Assembly: GCA_964450265.1 (NCBI GenBank)
Contig: CAYVCY010000003.1
Coordinates: forward strand, 1-44,861
Length of the DNA stretch: 44,861 bases
Source: an uncultured Clostridia bacterium
GTDB lineage: Bacteria; Bacillota; UBA994; UBA5500
Direction of reading: 5' to 3'
Shown: positions 1 through 9,731 of the stretch, piece after piece
How the letters are laid out: the number at the start of each line of letters is the position of its first letter
Position numbering within the stretch: the first letter of the stretch is position 1
Translations under genes and position numbers: made by a program
The notes under the pieces: generated by a model
What the model was told of the DNA's origin: nothing
What the model saw: the letters and a program-made list of their open reading frames with translations, nothing else
Databases searched by the model: none

Positions 1-139
1 ACCTACAGTTGCTGCTGCGCAACAGTTATTTTTGTCTAAACCACTAGCCTAATGACCTGTTAGATAAGACAGTTTTCAACAAGGTGCACCATAAATCCTA
101 CCACATTCGACAAGCAATTTGTGAATAAGTCAGCAATCT

Positions 140-470
140 ATGCACATTTGGTCCACAAAATCTGTGGATAACAAGAAAGCGTCGATGGACATGCCATCGG
201 GGCTTGGAGGAGCTCAATCGATAACATGTTCGCGAGCCTTTTCCACAGTTATGTCCACAGTCTGTGGATAACTTGATAGCTATTTGACGTAACAGGAGGG
301 CTGTAGCCGTTGTTTTTGGCCACGCACTCAGTTGTTTTGTTCGCTCATGGTCAGCAAATCCGTGGTTTTATGTAAATTAACAGGCTTGTGTAGAAGGCCT
401 TCACAACTTGTGGATAAATTTTCTCAGTAATGCACAGATAAATAGGGTTTATCCACAAGGTGTGGACTGT
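140..470. promoter_or_regulatory. oriC-type DnaA-box cluster (upstream half of origin)
   Basis: Perfect DnaA boxes TGTGGATAA at 163-171, 263-271 and 409-417, and TTATCCACA at 449-457. Boxes matching 6-8 of 9 at 149-157, 239-247, 251-259 and 461-469. Located directly upstream of rpmH. Confidence 0.8.
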
Positions 471-515
471 CTCCGCAGGGGCCTGGGTAGCCGACGACAG
501 TAGCCGTCGCGACAG

Positions 516-544
516 TTGATAGTTGCTAGCGTGTCTGCTATAAT
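516..544 (+). promoter_or_regulatory. sigma-A type promoter for rpmH
   Basis: -35 TTGATA 516-521, 17-nt spacer, TGc extended -10 TATAAT 539-544. Confidence 0.55.
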
Positions 545-682
545 GTGCAGGATAATGCGTGAGTTGAAGTGATTTTGCATAGGCTATTTGTACAAGCCCA
601 ATAGTCGCTTCGAGTGTCTGTTGTTTTGACTGAGAACGCAGGTTGGCCAGTAGCAATCTGCTGTGTGGAAGGGGTGTGAACG

Positions 683-817
683 ATGAAAAGGACCTTTCAG
701 CCGAATAATCGGGTGCGTAAGAAGGTACACGGTTTCCGTAAGAGGATGAGCACCGCCAGTGGACGCAAGATCATCAAGGCAAGGCGTGCAAGGGGAAGAA
801 AGGTGTTGTCTGCATAA
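683..817 (+). CDS. rpmH: 50S ribosomal protein L34
   Basis: Not in the ORF track because it is under 60 aa. ATG at 683 translates to [44 protein letters not shown], with stop TAA at 815-817. Classic L34 sequence. Confidence 0.95.
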   Translation: MKRTFQPNNRVRKKVHGFRKRMSTASGRKIIKARRARGRKVLSA

Positions 818-818
818 A

Positions 819-843
819 GGCTGCGGCTACGTGGCCTTTTTTT
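819..843 (+). terminator. rho-independent terminator after rpmH
   Basis: 7-bp stem (819-825 pairing with 830-836, two G-U pairs), 4-nt loop, then T7 at 837-843. Confidence 0.6.
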
Positions 844-949
844 GAGAAGAATCGGCGTTGCATCCAGAGTTATTACAGGAGGCAGCGCCGAATCGTTATC
901 AGCAGACTCAATTACTTCGGTAAAACCGACCTTAGGCCCCGCATGTCTG

Positions 950-958
950 TGGTATAAT
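950..958 (+). promoter_or_regulatory. extended -10 element (TGgTATAAT) upstream of rnpA
   Basis: tgtggtataat; TG at 950-951, TATAAT at 953-958. No good -35. Confidence 0.35.
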
Positions 959-1037
959 TTGCTATAGAAGTGGCAGTACTATAGCATGTTCTTCTGACAT
1001 GATAGCATAAGTCTGCCTAGTTCGGGGGTGGTGACTG

Positions 1038-1385
1038 TTGCGCCAGCAGGAACGTCTGACCAAGGGATCTGATTTCAAGCAGGTTTATGGCTCAGGCAAA
1101 TCTATCGCCGATCGTCTATTAGTGCTTTACCGCCTGCCCTGCGAAGGTGAGTTAAGACTGGGTATATCGGTGAGCAAGAAGGTTCAAAAGGGCAGCGTAG
1201 GGCGTAACCGCCTGAAGCGATTGGTCAGAGAATCGTTTCGCCAACTATCACCTCGGCTACGCAGAGGGTATCATCTGATCGTGATTGTGAGGGTGGCCGC
1301 TAAGAATGCAACCTATGAACAGCTATTGCAGTCGCTGTTCGGGTTGTGTCAGCGCTCGGGCCTGGTGGAGCATGGGAAAGCGTAG
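1038..1385 (+). CDS. rnpA: ribonuclease P protein component
   Basis: TTG start after GGGGGTGG RBS. Basic 115-aa protein ([13 protein letters not shown] motif) in the conserved position after rpmH. Confidence 0.85.
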   Translation: MRQQERLTKGSDFKQVYGSGKSIADRLLVLYRLPCEGELRLGISVSKKVQKGSVGRNRLKRLVRESFRQLSPRLRRGYHLIVIVRVAAKNATYEQLLQSLFGLCQRSGLVEHGKA

Positions 1386-1605
1386 CCAAACCGGACCGGC
1401 AGCTTTGGTTATCGCTGCTATCCGCTTTTATCAAAGACTCATCTCTCCCTTGCTCGGAGCAAATTGTAGATTTAGGCCTACATGCTCTGATTATACCATT
1501 CAGGCATTGGATAAGTACGGGCTAATCAAAGGCTCTTGGTTGGGGTTCAAGCGCATTATTCGGTGCCATCCCTGGCATCCCGGCGGTTACGACCCTTTAA
1601 GATAA
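1372..1605 (+). CDS. yidD: membrane protein insertion efficiency factor YidD
   Basis: Internal ATG at 1372 of ORF 1306-1605. Motifs [10 protein letters not shown], CRFxPTCSxY and [12 protein letters not shown]. Confidence 0.85.
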   Translation: MGKRSQTGPAALVIAAIRFYQRLISPLLGANCRFRPTCSDYTIQALDKYGLIKGSWLGFKRIIRCHPWHPGGYDPLR

Positions 1606-1625
1606 GAGAATGAGGAGGGGATTGT

Positions 1626-2339
1626 TTGCAGATTCTCACTGACCTATTCAAGAACTTACTGGACTCCATTGCGGGGGTGACCGGCAGTTATGGCCTGGCC
1701 ATTATCGCGATGGCGCTGCTGATTATTGTAATTACCTATCCGCTAAACGCCAAGCAGATGAGCTTCTCCTATAAGATGAAGCTGGTCAACCCCAAGATGG
1801 AAGAGATCAAGAAAAAGTATAAGGATCCCAACAAGCAAAACGAAGAGATCGCGAACCTATGGAAGGAACACAATATCAACCCTGCCTCCGGCTGCTTACC
1901 CATCTTAGTGCAGTTTCCGGTGTTTATTGCTATGTTTGGGGTACTCCGTTTGCCGGGGGTTTTTGATGCCAGTCCGACCTTTCTCGGCTTGGAGTTGGTG
2001 CTCCCTAACGCCGAACAGAGTTTTTGGTCGCTGGCTAGCCAGAACCTCGCCTATTTGGTGGTGCCAATCCTCGCCGTGGTGACCACTGTGTTGCAGCAGC
2101 GACAGATCAGTACTGGCCAACAGGACTCTACCATGAGAACCATGAACCTGTTCTTGCCGGTGATGACCGGCTACCTGACCATTACTTATCCCACTGCACT
2201 TGGCATTTATTGGGTATCAAGAAACGTGTTTACCATCGGCCAGCATTACTTCTTTAACCAACAGATGGCGCGCAGAGGCATGCTTGAGGAGGAGACGAAT
2301 GCAAACAAGAAGCCTGGAAAAGCAAGGACGGACGATTGA
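1626..2339 (+). CDS. yidC: membrane insertase YidC/SpoIIIJ/OxaA family
   Basis: 237-aa multi-TM protein with YidC-like core (NPASGCLPILVQFPVFIAMF). Synteny after rnpA-yidD. Confidence 0.85.
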   Translation: MQILTDLFKNLLDSIAGVTGSYGLAIIAMALLIIVITYPLNAKQMSFSYKMKLVNPKMEEIKKKYKDPNKQNEEIANLWKEHNINPASGCLPILVQFPVFIAMFGVLRLPGVFDASPTFLGLELVLPNAEQSFWSLASQNLAYLVVPILAVVTTVLQQRQISTGQQDSTMRTMNLFLPVMTGYLTITYPTALGIYWVSRNVFTIGQHYFFNQQMARRGMLEEETNANKKPGKARTDD

Positions 2340-2931
2340 GGAGGCTATTGAGCTAGCCCTGATAGAGTTGGGATTGACCGAGGAGCAAGTGGAGATCACT
2401 GTGCTGGAAGAGCCGAGCAAAGGCTTCTTAGGGATTTTAGGGGGGCGCCCGGCGCGGGTGCAGGTAGAGGCAAAGCCGGAACCACCTAATCCCATAGAAA
2501 TGACCACCCAGTTCTTGCAGGGCGTATGTCAGCGCATGGGTGCCGAGGTGACTATCTCTGGGCAACGGCAGGAAGAGAATGTGCTGTTCACTATCGATGG
2601 GCAAAGCCTAGGTCTCCTGATCGGGAAGCACGGCCAGACGATGAATTCGCTGCAGTATCTGGCCAGCGTGGTATATAACCGCAACGCCGAGGAACACGCC
2701 CGCGTGTTGGTGGATGTAGGTGGATATAGAGCCCGTCGCGAGGAAGCGCTGCAGAGGCTGGCTACCCGATTGGCCGAAAAGGCCAAAAGAACAGGGCGGA
2801 GAGTGATCTTGGAGCCGATGAACGCGCAGGAGCGGCGGGTGATTCACAGCACGCTGCAGGTAGATAAGCAGATTGTCACCTATAGCGAAGGGGATGAACC
2901 TTATCGCAAAGTGGTGATCGCTCTAAAGTAA
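2299..2931 (+). CDS. jag: Jag/KhpB RNA-binding protein (Jag_N, KH, R3H)
   Basis: ATG at 2299 after GAGGAGGAG RBS. C-terminal R3H-like MNAQERRVIHSTL. Synteny after yidC. Confidence 0.8.
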   Translation: MQTRSLEKQGRTIEEAIELALIELGLTEEQVEITVLEEPSKGFLGILGGRPARVQVEAKPEPPNPIEMTTQFLQGVCQRMGAEVTISGQRQEENVLFTIDGQSLGLLIGKHGQTMNSLQYLASVVYNRNAEEHARVLVDVGGYRARREEALQRLATRLAEKAKRTGRRVILEPMNAQERRVIHSTLQVDKQIVTYSEGDEPYRKVVIALK

Positions 2932-2938
2932 GATTATG

Positions 2939-2964
2939 GCCTGGGTTTAGCCCAGGCTTTTTTT
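2939..2964 (+). terminator. rho-independent terminator after jag
   Basis: GCCTGGG / CCCAGGC stem, 5-nt loop, T7 run. Confidence 0.7.
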
Positions 2965-3008
2965 GTGTTTCGGCTAATGGTTATAATAGCATATGGGGTG
3001 AGTCAGAG

Positions 3009-4379
3009 ATGGATCAGTTACCTACCATAGCGGCTATAGCTACTCCCCGCGGTGAGGGTGGCATCAGCATCATCAGGATCAGCGGTGGGCAAGCTTTGGC
3101 GATCCTGCAGCAGGTCTTTAGGCCGATACAGCGCAATTGCCGCTACCATCCTCGTCGCATGTATCTGGGGCATGTGCTGGCAGAGAATGGTGAGCGGCTG
3201 GATCAGGTATTGGCTGTGTTCATGCGCGGTCCCAGGACATACACGGGGGAAGACGTGGTGGAGATCCATGCCCACGGTGGCCTTTTTGTCACCCGGGAGG
3301 TGTTGCGCCTGGTGCTTGGGGCAGGGGCTGAGCTGGCTCGCCCAGGCGAGTTTACCGAAAGAGCCTTCCTCTCAGGGAAGTTGGATTTGGTGCAGGCGGA
3401 AGCGGTGATCGACTTGATCAAGGCTTCTGCTGGAGCCGCCGCCAAGCAAGCCGAACGTCACTTAGAGGGCGAGTTGTCCCGGGTGGTGCGAGAAGTCAAA
3501 CAGCGGGTGGTGCAGCTGCTGGCTGAGGTGGTGGCCACCGTAGATTTTCCGGATGACGATCTTCCAGGCGTGGAGGAGCGCTCATTGCGGACAGGTCTCG
3601 ATCAGCTGGTGGCAGAGCTGCAGCAATTGCTGGCGACCAGCTTTGCCGGTCAGGTGCTGCGAGATGGAGTTCGAGTGGTGATCGCTGGGAAGCCCAATGT
3701 GGGCAAGTCTTCGCTCCTCAATGCTTTGGTCGGTCGTGAAAAGGCGATCGTGACCGAGTTTGCTGGCACTACCCGGGATATAGTTGAAGAATTCGTGGTC
3801 TTGGATGGGGTACCTGTGAGGCTGATGGACACTGCCGGCCTGCATGCAGCCAGCGATCCGGTGGAACGGATTGGGGTTGAGCGGGCGCAGCAGGCAATAG
3901 CCGCGGCCGACTTGATTTTGGTCGTACTGGATTATTCGCAGCCACTGACAGATGAGGACAGACAAGCGCTGGAGCTGGCCCGTGATCGGACAAGCCTGGT
4001 GATTCTCAATAAGGGGGATTTGGATAGCGACGGTTGTCCAAAGCCGAACTTGGTGGAAGTGGAACCAGAGCCTCTGTTGGTTTCGGCGGTTACTGGAGCC
4101 GGGTTGGAGCGGCTGCGTACCGCTATCGTACACCAGGTGCTGGGCGACCAATCGTTGGAGGACAACTTGTTGGTAGCTAACGCCCGCCAGGAAGAGGCAT
4201 TGAGAAGGGCAGTCGCGTCTTTGCTGGATGCCAAGCTGACGTTGGACAACGGGTGGCCTTTAGACTTGCTGACGGTAGATTTGGAGTCGGCTTTGCAGGA
4301 GTTGGGTTCGGTGTTGGGAGAGACGGTTGATCAGGTTGTAATCGAGGAGGTTTTTTCTCGGTTCTGTATTGGGAAGTAA
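3009..4379 (+). CDS. mnmE: tRNA modification GTPase MnmE
   Basis: 456 aa; G1 motif GKPNVGKSS, DTAGL, NKGD, C-terminal FCIGK tetrapeptide. Confidence 0.95.
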   Translation: MDQLPTIAAIATPRGEGGISIIRISGGQALAILQQVFRPIQRNCRYHPRRMYLGHVLAENGERLDQVLAVFMRGPRTYTGEDVVEIHAHGGLFVTREVLRLVLGAGAELARPGEFTERAFLSGKLDLVQAEAVIDLIKASAGAAAKQAERHLEGELSRVVREVKQRVVQLLAEVVATVDFPDDDLPGVEERSLRTGLDQLVAELQQLLATSFAGQVLRDGVRVVIAGKPNVGKSSLLNALVGREKAIVTEFAGTTRDIVEEFVVLDGVPVRLMDTAGLHAASDPVERIGVERAQQAIAAADLILVVLDYSQPLTDEDRQALELARDRTSLVILNKGDLDSDGCPKPNLVEVEPEPLLVSAVTGAGLERLRTAIVHQVLGDQSLEDNLLVANARQEEALRRAVASLLDAKLTLDNGWPLDLLTVDLESALQELGSVLGETVDQVVIEEVFSRFCIGK

Positions 4380-4412
4380 GCAATTCGGTCACCGGCGATA
4401 GCATGCGGTAGA

Positions 4413-6323
4413 ATGAGTGATCTGGGGGGTGCTGGAGTGAGCTTTGTCGCAGGGAGTTACGATCTGGTGGTGGTGGGGGCCGGTCACGCCGGCTGCGAGG
4501 CCGCCTTGGCTGCGGCCCGCTTGGGGGCAGAGGTGCTGGTCTTGACCTCGGATTTGGATAGCGTTGCCCTGTTACCCTGCAATCCAGCCATCGGGGGGCC
4601 GGCAAAAGGTCATATTGTGCGGGAGATCGCAGCTCTCGGTGGCGAAATGGCCAAAGCGATAGACGATGCCTTGGTGCAGGTGCGGATGTTGAATACCAGC
4701 AAAGGGCCAGCGGTGCAAACTTTGCGTGCTCAGGCGGACAAGAGGGCGTATCAGGCCCGCATGCTGTTGGCTTTACAACATCAGCCTAGATTGAACCTGA
4801 AACAAGGTATGGTGGAGAAGATCCGGGTTTCAGGTAGCCGAGTGCAAGGGGTGGAGACAGAAACCGGCGCGTTTTATCGGGCTAGGGCGGTTGTGTTGAC
4901 TACCGGCACTTACCTTCGGGGACGGGTGATCATCGGTGAGCTGGACTATTCCAGTGGGCCGAACGGATTGAGGCCAGCGAATGGGCTGGCGGAGAGCTTG
5001 CGCGGTCTCGGTCTAAAGCTGGCCCGTTTTAAGACGGGCACTCCCCCCCGGGTTAGCCGGCGCTCGATAGATTTCTCGGTGATGCAGGAGCAGCCTGGCG
5101 ATCTGTTAGGCAGAGGATTCTCAGGCCGTGCGTTGGATATCGGTCACCAGCTTTCGTGCTGGCTTACCTATACAAACCGAAGGACGCACTCCATTTTCCT
5201 GGACAACCTGGACCGGGCACCTCTGTATAGTGGAAACATTGAAGGTACTGGGCCCCGCTATTGTCCTTCGCTGGAGGACAAGGTGGTGCGCTTTCGGGAG
5301 AAAGAAAGGCATCAGATTTTCGTGGAGCCGGAAGGCTGGGACAACGAGGAGATGTATGTGCAAGGTTTTTCCACCAGCATGCCCGAGGATGTGCAACTGG
5401 AGGCGCTGCGCACGGTGCGAGGATTGGAGCAGGCAGAGATCATCCGGCCTGGTTATGCCATTGAGTACGATTATTTGGAGCCAACCCAGCTGGAGTTGAC
5501 ACTGCAGTGTAAGGCATATCCTGGGCTGTTTGCCGCCGGACAGATCAACGGCTCCTCAGGCTACGAGGAGGCGGCGGGGCAAGGTCTATTGGCAGGGATC
5601 AACGCTTGGCGCTGGATGAATGATCGGCCATTAGTGGTGCTCAAACGGTCAGAAAGCTATATCGGTGTACTGATAGACGATCTGGTCACCAAGGGGACTA
5701 ACGAGCCTTACCGGATGATGACTTCTCGAGCCGAATACCGATTGTTGTTGCGGGACGACAATGCGGATGAGCGGCTCACCCCTTTGGGCTATGCCATCGG
5801 CCTAGTTTCAGAGGAGCAGTTTGCGGGCTACAGCCAGGCGTCCGCCGAGCGAAGGCGGCTGCAGGCGTTGCTCAGGGAGAGCGTAGTGCATCCCGGAGAG
5901 GAGATAGACCGGGTGCTTCGGGGCATCCAGTCGACCCCTCTATTGCAGGCCACTTCCTTGGAGCAATTGCTGAAACGACCTCGACTTACGGTACAGATGT
6001 TGCTGGCTTTGGTGCCGGAGTTGGCTCAGTTTTCAGTTGAGTGTTGTCGAAGGGTGGAGACGGCAGTCAAGTATGCCGGGTACTTAACGAAGCAACAGGA
6101 AAGCGTGGAACGTTTTCTGCGCTTGGAGCAGAAGCTGATTCCTGACTGGGTTGACTATCACCGGATTGGTGGGCTCGCCATTGAGGCAAGAGAGAAGCTA
6201 GCCAGGTTTAGGCCAGGGTCGTTGGGACAGGCCAGCCGCATTTCCGGCGTTTCTCCGGCCGATATCAGCGTGCTCATGATTTACTTGGAGAGTGCCCGAC
6301 GAGGGAGGGAAGGCGGTTGTTGA
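4413..6323 (+). CDS. mnmG: tRNA uridine 5-carboxymethylaminomethyl modification enzyme MnmG
   Basis: YDLVVVGAGHAGCEAA FAD motif and GidA-family length. The true start may be GTG at 4437. Confidence 0.95.
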   Translation: MSDLGGAGVSFVAGSYDLVVVGAGHAGCEAALAAARLGAEVLVLTSDLDSVALLPCNPAIGGPAKGHIVREIAALGGEMAKAIDDALVQVRMLNTSKGPAVQTLRAQADKRAYQARMLLALQHQPRLNLKQGMVEKIRVSGSRVQGVETETGAFYRARAVVLTTGTYLRGRVIIGELDYSSGPNGLRPANGLAESLRGLGLKLARFKTGTPPRVSRRSIDFSVMQEQPGDLLGRGFSGRALDIGHQLSCWLTYTNRRTHSIFLDNLDRAPLYSGNIEGTGPRYCPSLEDKVVRFREKERHQIFVEPEGWDNEEMYVQGFSTSMPEDVQLEALRTVRGLEQAEIIRPGYAIEYDYLEPTQLELTLQCKAYPGLFAAGQINGSSGYEEAAGQGLLAGINAWRWMNDRPLVVLKRSESYIGVLIDDLVTKGTNEPYRMMTSRAEYRLLLRDDNADERLTPLGYAIGLVSEEQFAGYSQASAERRRLQALLRESVVHPGEEIDRVLRGIQSTPLLQATSLEQLLKRPRLTVQMLLALVPELAQFSVECCRRVETAVKYAGYLTKQQESVERFLRLEQKLIPDWVDYHRIGGLAIEAREKLARFRPGSLGQASRISGVSPADISVLMIYLESARRGREGGC

Positions 6324-7033
6324 ATCGATGGTTGGGCCAACAAGCCGAGCTATTGGGGCTTTGTCTGACGGAGCTGCAGCTGCAGCAGTTGAAGGCGTAT
6401 GGCCGTCTGCTACAGGAGTGGAATCGGCGCATCAACCTGACCAGCATCGTTGAAACTGAGGCCATCTATCAGCTACACTTTCTCGATTCCTTGTCGGTGC
6501 AACTGGCCACAGATCTGAATAAGGTGAACAGTTTGGTGGATGTGGGCACTGGAGCGGGGTTCCCGGGGCTAGTGCTGGCCATCGCTTTTGCCAACTTACA
6601 AGTGACTCTGCTAGATTCCACCAGCAAGAAGGTGGGTTTCCTGCATTTGGTGGCATCTGAGCTGGGGATTCAAGAGCGAGTGCAGGCGGTCTGCTTAAGG
6701 GCGGAGGAAGCCGGGAGGCAGCGGGGAAGGAGAGAGTCTTTTCAAGTGGCCGTTTCGCGGGGAGTGGCCAAGCTGTCTGTGCTGGCCGAATATTGTCTGC
6801 CACTGACGGCGGTGGGAGGGCAGTTTATTGCCATGAAGGGGCCAGATGTGGCCGGGGAGTTGCAGGAGGCGCGGACAGCCTTTGTAGAGTTAGGCGGTAG
6901 TGCAGGCTTCGGCCGGTCATGGGTGTTGCCGAGCGGCGCCGGACGGACTCTAGTTGGCGTGGATAAACTCTCTCCTACTCCTAGCAGGTATCCACGCAGG
7001 GTGGGGTTGCCCGCCAAGCGGCCACTGCAGTAG
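6317..7033 (+). CDS. rsmG: 16S rRNA (guanine527-N7)-methyltransferase RsmG
   Basis: SAM motif VDVGTGAGFPG. Overlaps the mnmG stop. Conserved synteny. Confidence 0.9.
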   Translation: MLNRWLGQQAELLGLCLTELQLQQLKAYGRLLQEWNRRINLTSIVETEAIYQLHFLDSLSVQLATDLNKVNSLVDVGTGAGFPGLVLAIAFANLQVTLLDSTSKKVGFLHLVASELGIQERVQAVCLRAEEAGRQRGRRESFQVAVSRGVAKLSVLAEYCLPLTAVGGQFIAMKGPDVAGELQEARTAFVELGGSAGFGRSWVLPSGAGRTLVGVDKLSPTPSRYPRRVGLPAKRPLQ

Positions 7034-7132
7034 ACCTCCTGGCTGTGTCGTCTCAATTCTTACTCGATCGATTTTATGAAGGAGAGAGGGGAGCGTGGGA
7101 CGAATATCTGTTATGAGGGGGAGGTGGTCACT

Positions 7133-7945
7133 GTGCGGTGGTTTGGCAGCAATTCGGGTGAACAGATCGTGCAGATTCCGGTTGATCAGATTCAAGTGAA
7201 TCCCTACCAGCCAAGAAGACACTTCGATGAAAGCAAATTGCGGGAGTTGTGCGATTCGATTCGCCAGATCGGCATTATTCAACCGATTGTGGTACGCCGT
7301 TTGGGCGGTGTTTATGAGTTGGTGGCCGGCGAGCGTCGTTGGCGAGCGGCTATGATGGCAGAGTTGAAGTCGATCCCCAGTTTGGTCAAGGAATACACGG
7401 ACAGCGAGGTAGCCCAAACCGCCTTGATTGAGAATCTGCAGCGGGAGGACCTGGGTCCGCTGGAGGAAGCACTGGCTTTTCAGCAGCTGATCTCTGATTT
7501 TGATATTAGGCAAGAGGAATTAGCTTTGCGTTTAGGAAAGAGCCAATCCACCATTGCCAACAAGCTGAGGTTGCTCAATCTCAGTCCGCCGGTGCGCGAT
7601 CTGTTGGGCTTGGGGAAGCTGAATGAACGACAAGCGAGGACTCTTCTGCGAGTGAAGGACGAGAGCGACCAACTGCGGTTGGGCGAATTGGCTGTGGCGC
7701 GATCCTTCACCGTACAACAGACGGAGGAAGCGGTGACAGAATACTTGGCAGGGCAGTCCAGCGAGCAGGTAGTGGAAAAGGCCAAGAAGAGGGTGAGGAG
7801 ATTCATCCCTAAGGATATTCGCATTTTTATTAACACGATCAATGAAACCATCAAGATGATGCATCAGGTAGGAATTAAGGCTGAGAAACAGGAGAGCAGT
7901 GATGATCAGTACCTCACCATCACTGTACGCATTCCTAGGCGCTGA
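7133..7945 (+). CDS. noc: ParB-family nucleoid occlusion protein Noc-like
   Basis: ParB CTPase box VAGERRWRAA and an HTH region. With start at GTG 7133 (RBS GGGGGAGG), the N-terminus RWFGSNSGE resembles the Bacillus Noc membrane-targeting helix (SRFFGLGEKE). Position between rsmG and soj. The ORF track start at 7076 is probably too long. Confidence 0.7.
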   Translation: MRWFGSNSGEQIVQIPVDQIQVNPYQPRRHFDESKLRELCDSIRQIGIIQPIVVRRLGGVYELVAGERRWRAAMMAELKSIPSLVKEYTDSEVAQTALIENLQREDLGPLEEALAFQQLISDFDIRQEELALRLGKSQSTIANKLRLLNLSPPVRDLLGLGKLNERQARTLLRVKDESDQLRLGELAVARSFTVQQTEEAVTEYLAGQSSEQVVEKAKKRVRRFIPKDIRIFINTINETIKMMHQVGIKAEKQESSDDQYLTITVRIPRR

Positions 7946-8076
7946 CTCTCTAGGCAACTTAGTTTACATAATGTATAATAGAAAGGGCACGGCAAAGCCG
8001 AGCTCTTTTGTTATTTAGGACATTGTCTCAGGTTTAGGTAGCGAGTTCGGTAACGACTGGATTTTCTCGATGGGAG

Positions 8077-8931
8077 GTGAAGGCGGTGCGTGGAAAACAG
8101 CGATGGCTATTGTTGATCCTAGTCATCTTTCTAGCGACAGTGCTTGTCAGCAACCCCGGGCGGGCGATGCAATTTGCTTATCGGATAGTGCATGATGTCT
8201 CCCTAGCGGTTCCCGTCTTCGCTAATGGGCAATGGGTGATAGAAGAGAGCAGCAACTTTCGGCTCTATTATAGCGATTCGGATCAGGAGGTCGCAGCAGG
8301 GGTGTTGGCTGACTTGGAGAACTCGTTGGAGGCCCTGGCGAGGAGCTGGCCTGATCGGAGCCGGCCTGCCATCGCTGTTTTTCTGTACCCGAGCTGGCCA
8401 GAGATGCAGGGTGCATTGGGGGAAGACGAGAATCCTACCCTAGGGGCATATCGCCTTGGTCGCCTGCACTTGTTGTCGCCCTTGGCTTGGCAGCCACAGC
8501 TGTCCTCGGAGACTGCGGTCGCCTTCTATGTGGAACAGGGGCCAGTGGTACATGAGTTGGTTCATTTCTTGCTGGATCGAGAGGTGGCCGGAAACGTGCC
8601 ACTTTGGTTTAGTGAGGGCCTGGCTCAGTATTGGGAGCGGGAGATTAAGGGCTATCTGTGGATGGAGCCAGGCGCAGACTGGCGCGAGCGAGCTGTCGCT
8701 TTCAGTGAACTGGATCGGCAGTTTAATTCTGGGAGCGGCTATTTTGCCTATAGACAGTCTTTAGCCATGGTGGAGTATCTCTATGATCTATATGGTGACA
8801 GCGCAGTCGAGCAAATCGTGATAGAATTGAGTAAGGGACGGGCAATGGAGCAAGCCGTCAATCGCGTTTTGGGTGTGGATCTGGTGAGCTTTGAGGCAGG
8901 ATGGCGCATGACTTATTTGCCTTCGAGATAG
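8077..8931 (+). CDS. membrane-anchored putative zinc metallopeptidase (peptidase MA-like, HExxH)
   Basis: N-terminal TM segment (WLLLILVIFLATVLV), HELVH motif followed by WFSEGLAQYW. Alternative start GTG 8086. Confidence 0.5.
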   Translation: MKAVRGKQRWLLLILVIFLATVLVSNPGRAMQFAYRIVHDVSLAVPVFANGQWVIEESSNFRLYYSDSDQEVAAGVLADLENSLEALARSWPDRSRPAIAVFLYPSWPEMQGALGEDENPTLGAYRLGRLHLLSPLAWQPQLSSETAVAFYVEQGPVVHELVHFLLDREVAGNVPLWFSEGLAQYWEREIKGYLWMEPGADWRERAVAFSELDRQFNSGSGYFAYRQSLAMVEYLYDLYGDSAVEQIVIELSKGRAMEQAVNRVLGVDLVSFEAGWRMTYLPSR

Positions 8932-8969
8932 GCAGGGCTGGGCGTGAATCTGTTTAGGGAGTGGTAGCG

Positions 8970-9731
8970 TTGGCGAAAGTAATCGCGGTCACCAATCAGA
9001 AGGGCGGGGTGGGGAAGACAACTACCTGCGTCAATCTGGGAGCTTGTTTGGCGCTAGAGCAGCAGAAGGTGTTGGTTGTGGATATCGATCCGCAGGGCAA
9101 CACGACTAGCGGGTTGGGCGTTCGGCGCAATCGGTTGCGGAAGTGCGTCTATAATGTGCTGATTGATGGGGTGCCGGTGGAGGCAGTCATTCAGCCGACT
9201 GAGGTCGTCGGTCTAGAGGTGGTTCCAGCAACCATTCAATTGGCAGGAGCGGAGATAGAGTTGGTGCCCGCCATGTCCCGTGAGGTGAAGCTAAAGCGGG
9301 CTATTGAGTCGTTGCTCCCGTTCTACGATTACATCCTGATCGATTGTCCGCCGTCTTTAGGCCTGCTCACTTTGAATGCCTTGACCGCCGCAGATGGGGT
9401 GTTGGTTCCAGTACAGTGCGAGTATTACGCCTTGGAAGGGCTAGGGCAGCTGTTGAACACGGTGCAGTTGGTACAGCGGCACCTTAATCCCAAGCTGCAG
9501 GTGTTCGGGGCCTTGCTGACCATGTTTGACGCCCGCACGAACCTTTCCAGTCAGGTGGTGGATGAGGTGCAGCGTTTCTTTGGAGATAAGGTGTTTCAGA
9601 CAGTGATCCCGCGCAACGTTCGTCTCAGCGAGGCTCCCAGCTACGGTCAACCGATTGTGCTCTATGACTCCCGGTCGAAGGGTGCGGAAGTGTATACGGA
9701 GCTGGCCAAGGAGGTGTTGAGCCGTGGCTAA
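8970..9731 (+). CDS. soj: chromosome partitioning ATPase ParA/Soj
   Basis: Deviant Walker A NQKGGVGKTT. TTG at 8970 with AGGGAG RBS (ORF track start is 8961). Confidence 0.9.
   Translation: MAKVIAVTNQKGGVGKTTTCVNLGACLALEQQKVLVVDIDPQGNTTSGLGVRRNRLRKCVYNVLIDGVPVEAVIQPTEVVGLEVVPATIQLAGAEIELVPAMSREVKLKRAIESLLPFYDYILIDCPPSLGLLTLNALTAADGVLVPVQCEYYALEGLGQLLNTVQLVQRHLNPKLQVFGALLTMFDARTNLSSQVVDEVQRFFGDKVFQTVIPRNVRLSEAPSYGQPIVLYDSRSKGAEVYTELAKEVLSRG

Noticed and set aside
351-656. 101-aa ORF on the minus strand across the origin region.
   Set aside because: It overlaps DnaA boxes and the rpmH promoter, has no RBS and has no recognisable motifs. It is probably non-coding.
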